A stretch of 64,000 bases of DNA from an uncultured Candidatus Actinomarina sp. (GCA_902595195.1 CACJPC010000001.1:150654-214653); one strand, 5' to 3'. Shown: positions 34,366-44,546, counted from the stretch's first letter. Notes: generated by a model not told the origin, from the letters alone. Translations and numbers: made by a program.

Positions 34366-36264
34366 TTAAATAAGCAAGTTCTTTTGAAATAAAAAAGCTT
34401 CATCATCCCACTTTCTACCTAGGAAGCTTTCCACCATATTTTCTGCAGGAATAGTACCTCCAGGCTTGAGAATCTTATTTTTGTAATCAACACCTACTGA
34501 ATTTGAAAGCACTCCTTCATTTTCAAATCTGCTAAACAAGTCATCACCAATAATTTCTGCCCATAAGTATCCATAGTAAGCAGCATCATATCCACCAAGT
34601 AAATGACCAAATGCTGCCAAATGATTTGTATCTTTGGGATAGGCGATATTAGTTACTACCTGAGAAGCTTGTTCGATTTGTAAAAGGTCATCATTGAAAT
34701 TCTCACCATGCATATGTTGATCAGCAAGCCCAAAAGATACTTGCCTTAATGCCAACAAACTAACTCCAATGTTTTTTGATTCGTTTAACTTTTTACATAG
34801 TTGTTCAGACAATGGTTCTGAAGTTTCAATATGTTTTGAAATCCTTTTTAAGCACTCTACTTTCCAAACCCAGTGCTCCATAATCTGACTAGGAGCTTCC
34901 ACAAAATCCCACTCACAATTTGCACCCACAAACCTTGTATATTTTGATTTACCAATTCCATTATGCAAGACATGACCAAATTCATGAAACAAGGTTTCAA
35001 CTTCATCAAAAGTCATAAGTCCATCTCCTGTATTAGGATTTGGAAAATTTGCGACCATTGAACATATTGGTAACTCTTGCCTATCGGAACCACCGGAAGA
35101 AATATCAAATACTGCTGCATGGGTAAACTTTCCTTCTCTTGGATAGAGGTCTAAATAAAAGTAAGCTAGTTGTTCACCATTTTTTTCCCACAAAGACCAA
35201 AGTTCAACATCTTCATGCCACGCAGTTTCATTTGATTCTGACTTAATTTCTAAATCAAAAACTTCTTCACAAACTTTGAACATTTCATTTTTTACATCAT
35301 GAATAAAAAAATATTTTTTTAATTCACTATTTTCTATATTGCTAGTTTTGCTTCTTTTTGATGAAATAAAGTATCGAATATCCCATGGTGAGATATCAGT
35401 AATTTCAATATCATCTATTACAAGGTCTTTTTTTTCTTTCTCAGCAGCTTTTTGTAACTTAGGAATTAAATCTTTATACATAGCATCAACATTTTTTGGA
35501 TTTTTTGCCATTCTGTTTTGCAATCTATATTCAGCCCATGTTTCAAATCCAAACAATTTAGATTTTTCATTTCTTAGCAAAACAGCTTCTTTAAGGATTG
35601 GAATATTATCTTCTACAGCCCGATTATTAAAAGCTTTCCAAACTATTTCTCTTGTGTTCCTGACATTACAGTTCTCAGATATTGCATTTACATCTGGATA
35701 TGCCATTGTAATAATAAATTTTTCTTCATCTTTTTTTAAGTTGTTAAGTTCATTTTTGCTTAAACCGCTTAATTCAACTTCTGAAAATCTAAGCTCTGTT
35801 TTATCTTTTGCTATATTTTCTGAAAAAGCGATACCAAGCTCTATAAGCCTTTTATCAATTTCTATTAACCTATTTCTGCTTTCATCTGACAAACCATGAC
35901 CAGCATTTTTAAAATCTATGCCTAAATCTTTGTGAAACTCAATACTCTCTTTATCTGCATCTGAAATATCAATTTCATTATATTTTTTGTAAAGATCATC
36001 ATCATTAAATATTTCAAGTGCAAAATTTTGTATTTTAGAATCTGCTTCATTTCCAAAATCTCTAATCTTTTCTTCAGGGTGTACATCTCCAAGAAAAGCA
36101 ATCCTTCCTGAAACGTCATAAACTGTACTTTCTAAATCATTAAAATCATTTAAATTAACGCTTGTTGATGACTTTATGTTTTCAACTAATTTTTTACATT
36201 CTTCTAAAGTGTTATCCAAATCATTATTCAAGCTCTCTAGGTTTGCCTCAGAATAGTTAAACAT
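34366..36264 (-). CDS. M3 family zinc metallopeptidase (oligopeptidase / Dcp-like)
   Basis: HEFGHVLH zinc motif with a downstream E (EAPSQIMEHW). 632 aa. Confidence 0.85.
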   Translation of the reverse strand: MFNYSEANLESLNNDLDNTLEECKKLVENIKSSTSVNLNDFNDLESTVYDVSGRIAFLGDVHPEEKIRDFGNEADSKIQNFALEIFNDDDLYKKYNEIDISDADKESIEFHKDLGIDFKNAGHGLSDESRNRLIEIDKRLIELGIAFSENIAKDKTELRFSEVELSGLSKNELNNLKKDEEKFIITMAYPDVNAISENCNVRNTREIVWKAFNNRAVEDNIPILKEAVLLRNEKSKLFGFETWAEYRLQNRMAKNPKNVDAMYKDLIPKLQKAAEKEKKDLVIDDIEITDISPWDIRYFISSKRSKTSNIENSELKKYFFIHDVKNEMFKVCEEVFDLEIKSESNETAWHEDVELWSLWEKNGEQLAYFYLDLYPREGKFTHAAVFDISSGGSDRQELPICSMVANFPNPNTGDGLMTFDEVETLFHEFGHVLHNGIGKSKYTRFVGANCEWDFVEAPSQIMEHWVWKVECLKRISKHIETSEPLSEQLCKKLNESKNIGVSLLALRQVSFGLADQHMHGENFNDDLLQIEQASQVVTNIAYPKDTNHLAAFGHLLGGYDAAYYGYLWAEIIGDDLFSRFENEGVLSNSVGVDYKNKILKPGGTIPAENMVESFLGRKWDDEAFLFQKNLLI

Positions 36265-36300
36265 AAACCTCCTTAATCTAAGTTATGATACTATTAAATT

Positions 36301-36537
36301 ATGGAAATAAAATTAGAGTTTTGTGTAGTCTGAAACTACACCCCTCGTGCAGTTAGTACGATAGAAGACATCTTAGAAATTTACGGAAACAAAGTAACTT
36401 CGATTAATTTAATTCCAAGTGGTGGAGGAGTATTTGAGTTCTACCTAGATGACAATTTATTATTTTCAAAAAAAGAACTAGGTAGACACACTGAGGACGG
36501 TGAGATTCTTAAGCTCATAGAAGAAGCGCTTGATTGA
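36301..36537 (+). CDS. Rdx family (SelW/SelT/SelH-like) protein with in-frame TGA at the C-x-x-U position: candidate selenoprotein
   Basis: Not in the ORF track. It translates to MEIKLEFCVV[TGA 36331-36333]NYTPRAVSTIEDILEIYGNKVTSINLIPSGGGVFEFYLDDNLLFSKKELGRHTEDGEILKLIEEALD, stop TGA 36535-36537. The layout matches the Rdx family pattern I-x-Y-C-x-x-C/U...R-A...L-x-P-x-GG-x-FEV...SKK..G. Confidence 0.65.
36345..36361 (+). promoter_or_regulatory. Candidate bacterial SECIS hairpin
   Basis: UCGUGC-AGUUA-GUACGA: a 6-bp stem (one G-U) whose apical loop contains GU about 21 nt 3' of the UGA. Competing folds exist at 36323-36341 (UGA in the loop) and 36334-36354. Confidence 0.35.
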
Positions 36538-37268
36538 GTCTACCTTTTGACCTAACCCTTTTTGAATTAATCTTTATTGCTCTATTAATCTTTATAGGAT
36601 CATCAGTTCAAGGAATACTGGGATTTGGATTTGCTGTTATAGCATCACCTATAGTTGTACAAATTGAAGCACTGTTAGTTCCTCAACTCTTATCACTATT
36701 GGGTTTACCATTAGCAATTCGAGTATTTATAAGAGAAAGAAATAAAGTCGATTTAAGTTCAGTAAAACCTTTAGTTGCTGGCAGGTTTGTTGGGGGACCA
36801 ATCGGTTTGTTGTTTTTATCAATATTAAATGAAAAATATCTTTCTATTTCTGTAGGTTTAATAGTTTTTTTAGCTGGAATAGCTTCTTTTTTTGGATGGG
36901 TAATTAAAAGAAACAAAACCAATTCTTTCATTGCAGGTACATTTTCTGGAATTTTTGGAATGATTGCCGCAATAGGAGGCCCTCCAATTGCTCTTCTGTA
37001 TCGAGATGCTGATCCAGACGAATTTAGACCATCATTAAATAGTGTTTTTATAATTGGAATAATAATCACTTTATCTTTGCTTGCCTTTACTGGAAGAATC
37101 TACATTGATCACATTTATTTATTTTTGATCAATATTCCATTTGTTTTTTTAGGAATTAGATTATCAAGCTTAATTTTTTCTAAAGTTTCTCAGAGTTTTC
37201 TGTCTGCGTCAGTGACTTATTTTTCTATTTTTTCTGGTTTATATGTGATATTAAGAAATATAAATTAG
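36534..37268 (+). CDS. TauE/SafE (DUF81) family anion exporter
   Basis: IGSSVQGILGFGFAVIASPIV N-terminal motif, an internal repeat with GGPPIALL, and about 8 TM helices. The TTG start overlaps the stop of the Rdx gene. Confidence 0.75.
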   Translation: MSLPFDLTLFELIFIALLIFIGSSVQGILGFGFAVIASPIVVQIEALLVPQLLSLLGLPLAIRVFIRERNKVDLSSVKPLVAGRFVGGPIGLLFLSILNEKYLSISVGLIVFLAGIASFFGWVIKRNKTNSFIAGTFSGIFGMIAAIGGPPIALLYRDADPDEFRPSLNSVFIIGIIITLSLLAFTGRIYIDHIYLFLINIPFVFLGIRLSSLIFSKVSQSFLSASVTYFSIFSGLYVILRNIN

Positions 37269-37305
37269 TTTATTTCATCAGGTCTAATTATTAACATAAA
37301 AAGAT

Positions 37306-38799
37306 ATGTTAATACGAGCATCCTTAGGAGGGGTACTATATTTTTTAAGCTTTCCTCCTTTTGACTTCTGGTTCTTAATTTTTCCAGCACTGTATTTTTT
37401 TTACTACTCATTGTTATCAGATGAAAAATCTTTTTTTACAGGGTTTATATTTGGGAGTGTCACCTATGGTGTAATTTTATTAGGAATTCAATCAATAGGA
37501 CTTGAAGCATGGATTCCATTAACAATTTTAATGGGATTGATGTATGGAATATTCGCAAAACTGTTTTCTTATCTAAATACAAAATCTGATAACAATTTCT
37601 ATGTATTGTTGTCAGTTGTAGCGATTTATGATTTGATTAGAGCATATTTTCCATTTGGCGGTTTTCCTTGGGGTTTTCCCTCAACGGTTTTATTAACTGG
37701 TCCTATAGACAGTTGGTTCATGCTAGATGCTCGTTTATCTTTTGAAGGCTTTGGACCAACGGGATCTTCTCTTTTACTACAATCCTTTTCTTTAATAATT
37801 GCACTTGGTGTCTTTTCAAAAAACAAACAAAAAAATTATTTTAAAAATTATATGATATTTTCATTAGTAGTTTTTTCAATATACGTTTTCAGTCTTGTAA
37901 TTATTAATACTGATTACGATGATGCTCAATTAGGAGCATCAGAACTAAACATCGCAATCATTCAAGGAAACAGTCCATGTCCTGGTGCCAAAAATAGATG
38001 TAGTAATGAAAGACAAAAAATATACGATAGCCATTTAACTCAAACACAATCTCTTGACGGAAATTTTGACCTTGTAGTTTGGCCCGAGAGCTCAACAGGA
38101 TTTAACAATGATCCTGGAATACATAGTAGAGTTCAAAACGATATTGCTACCGAAGCTTTGAGGCTAGATTCATATTTTTTAATAGGAGGAGACAGACCTA
38201 TACAAAATCAATATTTTGAAAATTATGGAGTCTTTATAAACAAAGATGGTGAGATTATAGATCAATATTTAAAACAGCACCCGGTGCCTTTTGGAGAGTA
38301 TATTCCATTTAGAAAATATTTAGACTGGATTCCTCCGTTAGCACTAGTTCCACGTGACATGATCAGGGGTGATGGTCAAAAAATATTTATGGTAAACAAT
38401 ACGAAAATTTCAACTGTTATCTCATTTGAAGGATCGTTCCAAAGATATATCAGGAATAGTGTTCAGGATGGTGCAGAATTAGTTGTAATACTTACTAACC
38501 AAGCAAGTTACGGAGAAAGCGGTATGTCAGATCAATTTATATTAATGTCTAGGGCAAACGCAATTTCAAACGGTAGGCCGATTGTACATGCAGCTATAAC
38601 TGGTAAATCAGCATTTATAGATCATAACGGAAAAGTGATTGCTAAAACTAAATTATTTGAAACAGGAGTACTTACTGAAAAACTTGAGTCAAAACAGAAA
38701 GAAACACCTTACAGCAGATATGGAAATTATTTAAATTATATTTTTATATTATTTGGGGTCATTGTTTTTAGTAAAAAATTTATTCGTCCAACTGATTAA
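37306..38799 (+). CDS. lnt: apolipoprotein N-acyltransferase
   Basis: N-terminal polytopic membrane domain followed by a CN-hydrolase domain (VVWPESS, ISFEG, and K in LKQHPVPFGEYIP). Confidence 0.85.
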   Translation: MLIRASLGGVLYFLSFPPFDFWFLIFPALYFFYYSLLSDEKSFFTGFIFGSVTYGVILLGIQSIGLEAWIPLTILMGLMYGIFAKLFSYLNTKSDNNFYVLLSVVAIYDLIRAYFPFGGFPWGFPSTVLLTGPIDSWFMLDARLSFEGFGPTGSSLLLQSFSLIIALGVFSKNKQKNYFKNYMIFSLVVFSIYVFSLVIINTDYDDAQLGASELNIAIIQGNSPCPGAKNRCSNERQKIYDSHLTQTQSLDGNFDLVVWPESSTGFNNDPGIHSRVQNDIATEALRLDSYFLIGGDRPIQNQYFENYGVFINKDGEIIDQYLKQHPVPFGEYIPFRKYLDWIPPLALVPRDMIRGDGQKIFMVNNTKISTVISFEGSFQRYIRNSVQDGAELVVILTNQASYGESGMSDQFILMSRANAISNGRPIVHAAITGKSAFIDHNGKVIAKTKLFETGVLTEKLESKQKETPYSRYGNYLNYIFILFGVIVFSKKFIRPTD

Positions 38800-40000
38800 A
38801 GGGTAAATTTTTAACAGCTACTGCTTCAAGCAGTCCATTCTGAAAAACTCTTAGGCCAAATTTTGGAAGAATAGCAAATAAGTGATCAAAGATATCAGAC
38901 TGAATTTTTTCATACGCCTCCCACTCAGTCGTATTTGTGAATGTATAGATTTCTAATGGCACGCCTTCTGGAGAGGATGGAAGTTGCCTAACAAGGAAAG
39001 TCATAGTTTCAGTATTTAAGTTTGAATTTTGTTTCAAATAGTTTTCAACATAAGCTCTATATGTACCTATATTCGTCAATTTTCTAGTTTCAATATTGTT
39101 ATCAGGATTTTCAATAGAAGCATTAAATTCAGATAATTCGTTATTTTTAAAAGATATGTAATCCTTTAATGGTGCTAATTTTTCTAATTCCGAAATTTCC
39201 TTGGCCGTTAAAAATTTGATACTTGAAATATCTATAAGTAAAGATCTTTTAATTCTTCTTCCACCATACTCAGACATTGCCCTCCAATTCTTAACAGAAG
39301 TGTTTACAATTTTTGATGTCGGAATTGTTGTTATTGTTTTATCCCAGTTCTGAACTTTTACAGTATGAAGAGCAATATCTACTACATCACCATCTGCTCC
39401 AAATTCCGGAACTTCAATCCAGTCTCCAATTTTTATTATGTCATTTTGACCTATTTGAACTGAAGCTACAAATGACAAAATTGTATCTTGAAAAACTAAT
39501 AGTAAAACAGCTGTAAGAGCACCAAGTCCACTTATGTAATAAGCTACAGACTGTCCAGTTACGATTGCGAAAATAATAATCACCACAAAAGCAGAGATAA
39601 TAATTTTTAAAATTTGTATATAACCTTTTATTGGTCTATCTTTTAAAACATCAATTTTTTCAGAAATTTTATTGAAAACGCTTAAGACTTCTAAAATTGT
39701 CAATCCGACTAATAGTGCAAATGCAGCATCTATTAGTCTCGAAACAATAACATTGCTAAATAGGTCAATACTAAATTCTGGCGTTGCGGTCAATATATTG
39801 AAGACGATAAAAACTACAACATAGGAGAGCCTATTTAAAAATTTTTTATCAAGAAATAAATCATCAATAAACGTCGATGTCTTATTTGCTAATTTTTTTA
39901 CAGCTGGAAAAAAAATAGATCTTAAAATTCCATAAGAAACAATCAATATCCCTAATAGAATTAAGGCGGTTGTTGCATCTGAATTTAGTAAATTATCCAT
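38780..40000 (-). CDS. MscS-family mechanosensitive channel
   Basis: TM helices followed by the conserved beta-domain block IKIGDWIEVPEFGADGDVVDIALHTVKVQNWDKTITTIPTSKI. Confidence 0.8.
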   Translation of the reverse strand: MDNLLNSDATTALILLGILIVSYGILRSIFFPAVKKLANKTSTFIDDLFLDKKFLNRLSYVVVFIVFNILTATPEFSIDLFSNVIVSRLIDAAFALLVGLTILEVLSVFNKISEKIDVLKDRPIKGYIQILKIIISAFVVIIIFAIVTGQSVAYYISGLGALTAVLLLVFQDTILSFVASVQIGQNDIIKIGDWIEVPEFGADGDVVDIALHTVKVQNWDKTITTIPTSKIVNTSVKNWRAMSEYGGRRIKRSLLIDISSIKFLTAKEISELEKLAPLKDYISFKNNELSEFNASIENPDNNIETRKLTNIGTYRAYVENYLKQNSNLNTETMTFLVRQLPSSPEGVPLEIYTFTNTTEWEAYEKIQSDIFDHLFAILPKFGLRVFQNGLLEAVAVKNLPFNQLDE

Positions 40001-40015
40001 AATTTAATAATAACC

Positions 40016-40696
40016 TTAAAATCCTTTTTGTTGACTTGTCCATGGCTCAGGTGTGTTGTTTATGAATTCTTCCACACTTGGCCCATTTAATTTCTGTAGT
40101 CTTTTTTGACCAACAATATATGTAACAACTAACAAAATTAGAGTGCTTTGATTAGAAGTTGCAAGCTTTATTACTATAAGAATTTCTGGGGTGTTGTAAA
40201 AGTAAATCTGTAGACCTGCCTTTATTAAAAGATACAATGTCCAGATAATAGCTACCAAAGTGTACGCTGGCTTTACTTTTTTATGTAAGTACCATTCTTT
40301 TGGCCAATTTCTAAAAGCTTTTGAACTATATATTGTAAAAGGCCTACCTAATATGATTGACACAACTCCTACAAAAGCTATTGCGCCATCTCTAATAATT
40401 CCTGGCAGAAAAAATCCAGATGCACTTCCTTGTATTCTGGCAATAAATAAAGCAATTAAAGATCCGATAAAACCATAAAATACATATTTTAAATTTTGTT
40501 TTTTGAATACTCTGTAAAAAAGAAATGCAGATAATAGTGCTGCTGTACTATATATCGCTTGATTCAATTCTAAAAAATTAGCACTTATAACAAAAAATAT
40601 CGGCGCAATTATTGAATCTGTAATTGATTCATTGTTAGGATTGAGATTTTTAATTTCATCTTTAATCTCTATGAATTTGTTTTTAAAATTTTCCAA
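40016..40696 (-). CDS. hypothetical membrane protein (possibly DUF3159-like)
   Basis: 226 aa with 5-6 hydrophobic helices. The family assignment is a weak recollection. Confidence 0.5.
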   Translation of the reverse strand: MENFKNKFIEIKDEIKNLNPNNESITDSIIAPIFFVISANFLELNQAIYSTAALLSAFLFYRVFKKQNLKYVFYGFIGSLIALFIARIQGSASGFFLPGIIRDGAIAFVGVVSIILGRPFTIYSSKAFRNWPKEWYLHKKVKPAYTLVAIIWTLYLLIKAGLQIYFYNTPEILIVIKLATSNQSTLILLVVTYIVGQKRLQKLNGPSVEEFINNTPEPWTSQQKGF

Positions 40697-40697
40697 A

Positions 40698-41960
40698 TTA
40701 AGTTAATTTATCCTCAAAAGATTCTTTACTGATGTTTTGACTATCAGGAGTGTCAAAATCAGGAAATTCAATACTAAAATGTTTTTCGAGGTTGGTCTTA
40801 ATTTCGTTCGGGCTTAAGTTTTTAAATGATTCTTCCTGAATCACCTTGTAAGCCTCTTCTCTATTAACGCCTTCAGTTACAAGATGAGATAACATTTGTT
40901 GACTCATTGATTTACTTTTTGCATTATTTAAATTAATTTTAATTTGTTCATAATTGATAACAAGGTCACTAATAATCGATGTTAGCTCTGAAGTCATGAA
41001 GCAAATTAAATTAAAACAATCTGGTAGCGCAATTCTTTCTACTGAAGAATTTGAAATATCTCTTTCATTCCAAAGCACCATATTTTCTAAACCACTTAAT
41101 GTGTATCCTCTCATAATTCTTGCAAGCCCAGTAATTCTTTCACTGCCTATAGGGTTCTTTTTATGTGGCATTGCAGAGGAGCCTTTTTGTCCATCTTTAA
41201 ATGGTTCATACATTTCAGAAATTTCTGATCTTTGATAACTTCTTAAATTAGTTGAGATTCTCTCATAGGTTGAAGCAAGAATAGACAGGGATGTAAATAC
41301 TTCAGCATACCTATCTCTATTTACTATTTGACTTGCAAATATTTCAGATTTGAGTCCAAGTTTTTCTAGCGTTAGCTCTTCCATCTCCTCTGTAACAACA
41401 GTATGGTTTCCAACTGGGCCACTTAGCTTTCCAAAGGCAATTGAATCTTTCGCTCTTTCAACTCTAACTAGAGACCTTTTTATTTCTAGATACCAGTTTC
41501 CAAAAATATTACCAAGAAAGGTTTCTTCGGCATATACCCCGTGAGTCCTGCCAATAATTTTGGTATCCTTTTCATCTATTGCTTTTAATTTGAGTTCTTT
41601 AAGCAAATCATGAATTAATTCTTGAGCTACTTCTATAGATTGTATTATAAGTAAACTATTTGCAGTATCTACAATATCCGAACTAGTGAGACCATAGTGA
41701 ACCCAATTAGAGCCCTCACCAACTTTATTTTGAAGTATGTCAACAAATGAAGCTAAATCATGATTAGTAATTTCTTCCTGTTTATAAACTTCTTCTTTTA
41801 ACACTTCAGCTTCATGAATTTTCTTTGCAACACCACCTTTAGCTATTTTTAGCTGCTCAAGGGTTTCAACATACTTCTCCTGTATGAGCTTCCATGTATC
41901 AAATTTGTTTTGATCATTCCAAATTGCATTAATTTTATTATTTATGTATCTATCAATCAT
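40698..41960 (-). CDS. purB: adenylosuccinate lyase
   Basis: GLTSSDIVDT and the signature GSSAMPHKKNP. Confidence 0.95.
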   Translation of the reverse strand: MIDRYINNKINAIWNDQNKFDTWKLIQEKYVETLEQLKIAKGGVAKKIHEAEVLKEEVYKQEEITNHDLASFVDILQNKVGEGSNWVHYGLTSSDIVDTANSLLIIQSIEVAQELIHDLLKELKLKAIDEKDTKIIGRTHGVYAEETFLGNIFGNWYLEIKRSLVRVERAKDSIAFGKLSGPVGNHTVVTEEMEELTLEKLGLKSEIFASQIVNRDRYAEVFTSLSILASTYERISTNLRSYQRSEISEMYEPFKDGQKGSSAMPHKKNPIGSERITGLARIMRGYTLSGLENMVLWNERDISNSSVERIALPDCFNLICFMTSELTSIISDLVINYEQIKINLNNAKSKSMSQQMLSHLVTEGVNREEAYKVIQEESFKNLSPNEIKTNLEKHFSIEFPDFDTPDSQNISKESFEDKLT

Positions 41961-43232
41961 TTAAATTATTATATTTTCTGTTCTCTCTGGCCCAACAGAG
42001 ATAAACGTAATAGGCACTTCTATAAAAGCTTCAATCGCTTTTATATAACTTTGGGCATTATTTGGTAAATCTTCAAAAGATTTAACTGTTGAAATATCAT
42101 CTGTCCAACCATTGAAGGTTTCATAAACTGGTTCAGCGGTATTTAAAACATTTTGATTAAATGGATAGTCAGTGATCACTTCATCGTTATCTTTGTAACC
42201 TACACAAAGTTTTAATTCTTCAAGACCTGAAAGTACATCAAGTTTAGTTATAAAAAGCTCTGTTAAAGAGTTAACTCTTACTGAGTATTTAAGGGAAATT
42301 AAATCAAGCCATCCGCACCTTCTTCTTCTCCCAGTGACTACTCCAAACTCTGCTCCTTTTTCAATAAGAAAATCTCCAATTTCGTTTTTTTGTTCTGTTA
42401 AAAAAGGACCACTACCAACACGCGAAATGTAGGCTTTTGTAACACCAACAATTCTATCTATATTTTTAGGACCTACACCCGAGCCAATAGCTGCATTGCC
42501 AGAAGAAGTATTTGAACTTGTCACAAAAGGATATGTCCCATGGTCAATGTCTAACAATGTTCCCTGAGCTCCCTCAAATAAAATTGTTTTTCCATTCTTT
42601 ATTGCATTGGCTATTAGTAAAGATGCATCTGCAACATGATTAGTAACGATATCTTTGTAAGTGCTAAATTCATCAAGAATATCATCAACTACTAATGGAG
42701 AGTGGTCATAGATTTTTGTAAGAGTTAAATTTACATCTTCTATATTTTTTCTAACTTTTATTTCAAAATTTGTTTCATCTAATAAGTCTTGAATTCTAAT
42801 TCCTTTTCTTTGAATTTTATCTGCATAACATGGACCAATACCTTTTTTTGTTGTTCCAATTTTATTTTCCCCCAAACTTTCTTCTATAAGTTCATCCAGT
42901 AGTTTATGATATGGCATTACTACATGAGCATTTGCAGAAATGACTAGCTTATCTGTATTGATATTTTTTTCATTTAACATTTCAAGTTCTTGCTTTAAAA
43001 ATCCAATATCTACAACACAACCCGATCCAATTACTGGAGTGCAGTTAGGGTAGAGAACTCCAGAGGGTGTTAACGACAGTGCAATTTTGTTTTCTCCAAC
43101 AACAATAGTGTGTCCAGCGTTGTTTCCACCTTGAAAACGGACTACATAATCAGCTGTTGAGGCAAAAAAATCTGTTACTTTACCCTTACCTTCATCACCC
43201 CACTGGGCTCCGAGAACTACGGTAGTGGACAA
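41961..43232 (-). CDS. purA: adenylosuccinate synthetase
   Basis: GAQWGDEGKGK P-loop, GNNAGHT and GTTKKGIGP. TTG start preceded by GGAGAAAAA. Confidence 0.95.
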   Translation of the reverse strand: MSTTVVLGAQWGDEGKGKVTDFFASTADYVVRFQGGNNAGHTIVVGENKIALSLTPSGVLYPNCTPVIGSGCVVDIGFLKQELEMLNEKNINTDKLVISANAHVVMPYHKLLDELIEESLGENKIGTTKKGIGPCYADKIQRKGIRIQDLLDETNFEIKVRKNIEDVNLTLTKIYDHSPLVVDDILDEFSTYKDIVTNHVADASLLIANAIKNGKTILFEGAQGTLLDIDHGTYPFVTSSNTSSGNAAIGSGVGPKNIDRIVGVTKAYISRVGSGPFLTEQKNEIGDFLIEKGAEFGVVTGRRRRCGWLDLISLKYSVRVNSLTELFITKLDVLSGLEELKLCVGYKDNDEVITDYPFNQNVLNTAEPVYETFNGWTDDISTVKSFEDLPNNAQSYIKAIEAFIEVPITFISVGPERTENIII

Positions 43233-43432
43233 TTTTTCTCCTTAGATACAACATAAGATAATAATGCACTTTTTTTACAATCCGTAGAGGTTTCTTAGCG
43301 AATTTAAATAAAAATGCAAATTTTTTAATTTTTTCACATTAAATTCATTGATTCAAAATATTAACCATATTAAATTAAGAGCATGTCGGCTTCTAACGAA
43401 GCTGTCTACTTTTAATTAAAAGGAGATAAAAA

Positions 43433-44503
43433 TTGAATAAAAAATCAATCGTATATCTGCTTGTTTTTGCATTAGTAGCAGTTGCATGTGCTACTGAAGC
43501 AGCAGAAGAAGAAGTTACTGTTGAGGACGAACACGATCATGAATCAACTCTTGAACAAGTTCAAGAAAGAGGATTCCTTAAGTGTGGTGTTTCAGGTTCT
43601 GCAGTTGCTTTCTCTGAGACACAAGCTGACGGTTCTGTAACAGGAATTGACGCTGACTACTGTTATGCAGTTGCAGCAGCAATTTTCGGTGATTACAGCA
43701 AGGTTGAATTTACAGCACTAACAGCTGCTGAAAGATTCACAGCCCTATCAGCTGGTGAAGTAGACCTATTAGTCAGAAACACAACATGGACTCAAAGCCG
43801 TGATACCGAACTTGGTAACGACTTTGGACCAACAACCTATTATGACGGACAACAATTAATGGGTAGAAATTCTGATGGTCTTTCTGCTTCTTCTACTCTT
43901 AAAGACATTGATGGTCTAAGAGTATGTACTAATGCTGGTACAACAACAGAGAAGAACATTACTGAAGGTGCAAGATTAGCTGGAGCAGCAATTGAGCTTG
44001 TAACAGTTGAAGCATTCCCAGAAGCTATGGAGAAATTCAAAGCTGGTGAGTGTGACCTTGTAACTACAGACGGATCTGGTCTTGTTGGTAACAGAGCTAA
44101 AGAGGGTGCATTGAATGACTGGGCAATTTTCCCAGCATCACCAATCTCTAAAGAACCTCTTGGTCCTGTATATCGTTCAAACGATAGCCAATGGGCAGAC
44201 ATCGTTAACTGGACTGTTTATGCTACATTCATCGCTGATGAATATGGTGTAGGTAGAGCCAACGTTGATTCTTTTGACTATGATGCAAATCCAGAAATGG
44301 GAAGACTCATGGGCAAGAACGACGGCGAATTGCAAACAGTCATGGGCCTAAGTGCCGATGCTTTCTATAACGTTATCAAGCAAGTTGGTAACTATGACGA
44401 GATTTATTCTAAAAACTTAAATCCTGTCGGACTTTATAGAGAAGGTTCTGCAAACGCACCTTGGACTGAAGGCGGATTAATTTACGCACCTCCAGCAAGG
44501 TAA
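43433..44503 (+). CDS. amino-acid ABC transporter substrate-binding lipoprotein (AapJ/YhdW-like)
   Basis: Lipobox LVAVAC, then an acidic linker and a family 3 SBP core (GIDADYCYAVAAAIFG, LLVRNTTWT). TTG start after AAAGGAG. The local composition is noticeably less AT-rich. Confidence 0.85.
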   Translation: MNKKSIVYLLVFALVAVACATEAAEEEVTVEDEHDHESTLEQVQERGFLKCGVSGSAVAFSETQADGSVTGIDADYCYAVAAAIFGDYSKVEFTALTAAERFTALSAGEVDLLVRNTTWTQSRDTELGNDFGPTTYYDGQQLMGRNSDGLSASSTLKDIDGLRVCTNAGTTTEKNITEGARLAGAAIELVTVEAFPEAMEKFKAGECDLVTTDGSGLVGNRAKEGALNDWAIFPASPISKEPLGPVYRSNDSQWADIVNWTVYATFIADEYGVGRANVDSFDYDANPEMGRLMGKNDGELQTVMGLSADAFYNVIKQVGNYDEIYSKNLNPVGLYREGSANAPWTEGGLIYAPPAR

Positions 44504-44524
44504 AAAAACTTAATTGTTTTTTAG

Positions 44525-44546
44525 AAAGGGGCCGTGAGGCCCCTTT
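44525..44546 (+). terminator. Intrinsic terminator-like hairpin after the SBP gene (intra-operon attenuator)
   Basis: AAAGGGGCC-GTGA-GGCCCCTTT: a 9-bp perfect stem with a GNRA-type loop, followed by CACATTTCTTCT. Confidence 0.65.

Noticed and set aside
36331-36333. Possibility that the in-frame TGA reflects a reassigned genetic code (TGA = Trp or Gly)
   Set aside because: TGA terminates well-defined genes at their expected C-termini in this window: asd at 27677-27679, the nucleotidyltransferase at 62792-62794, and the Rdx gene itself at 36535-36537. No other conserved gene shows internal TGA codons.
36323-36341. 7-bp perfect hairpin GUGUAGU-CUGAA-ACUACAC with the UGA in its loop, considered as the SECIS
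   Set aside because: Bacterial SECIS elements lie 3' of the UGA with the apical loop roughly 16-37 nt downstream, and this hairpin does not fit that geometry. It is kept only as a competing structure, and the 36345-36361 hairpin is preferred.
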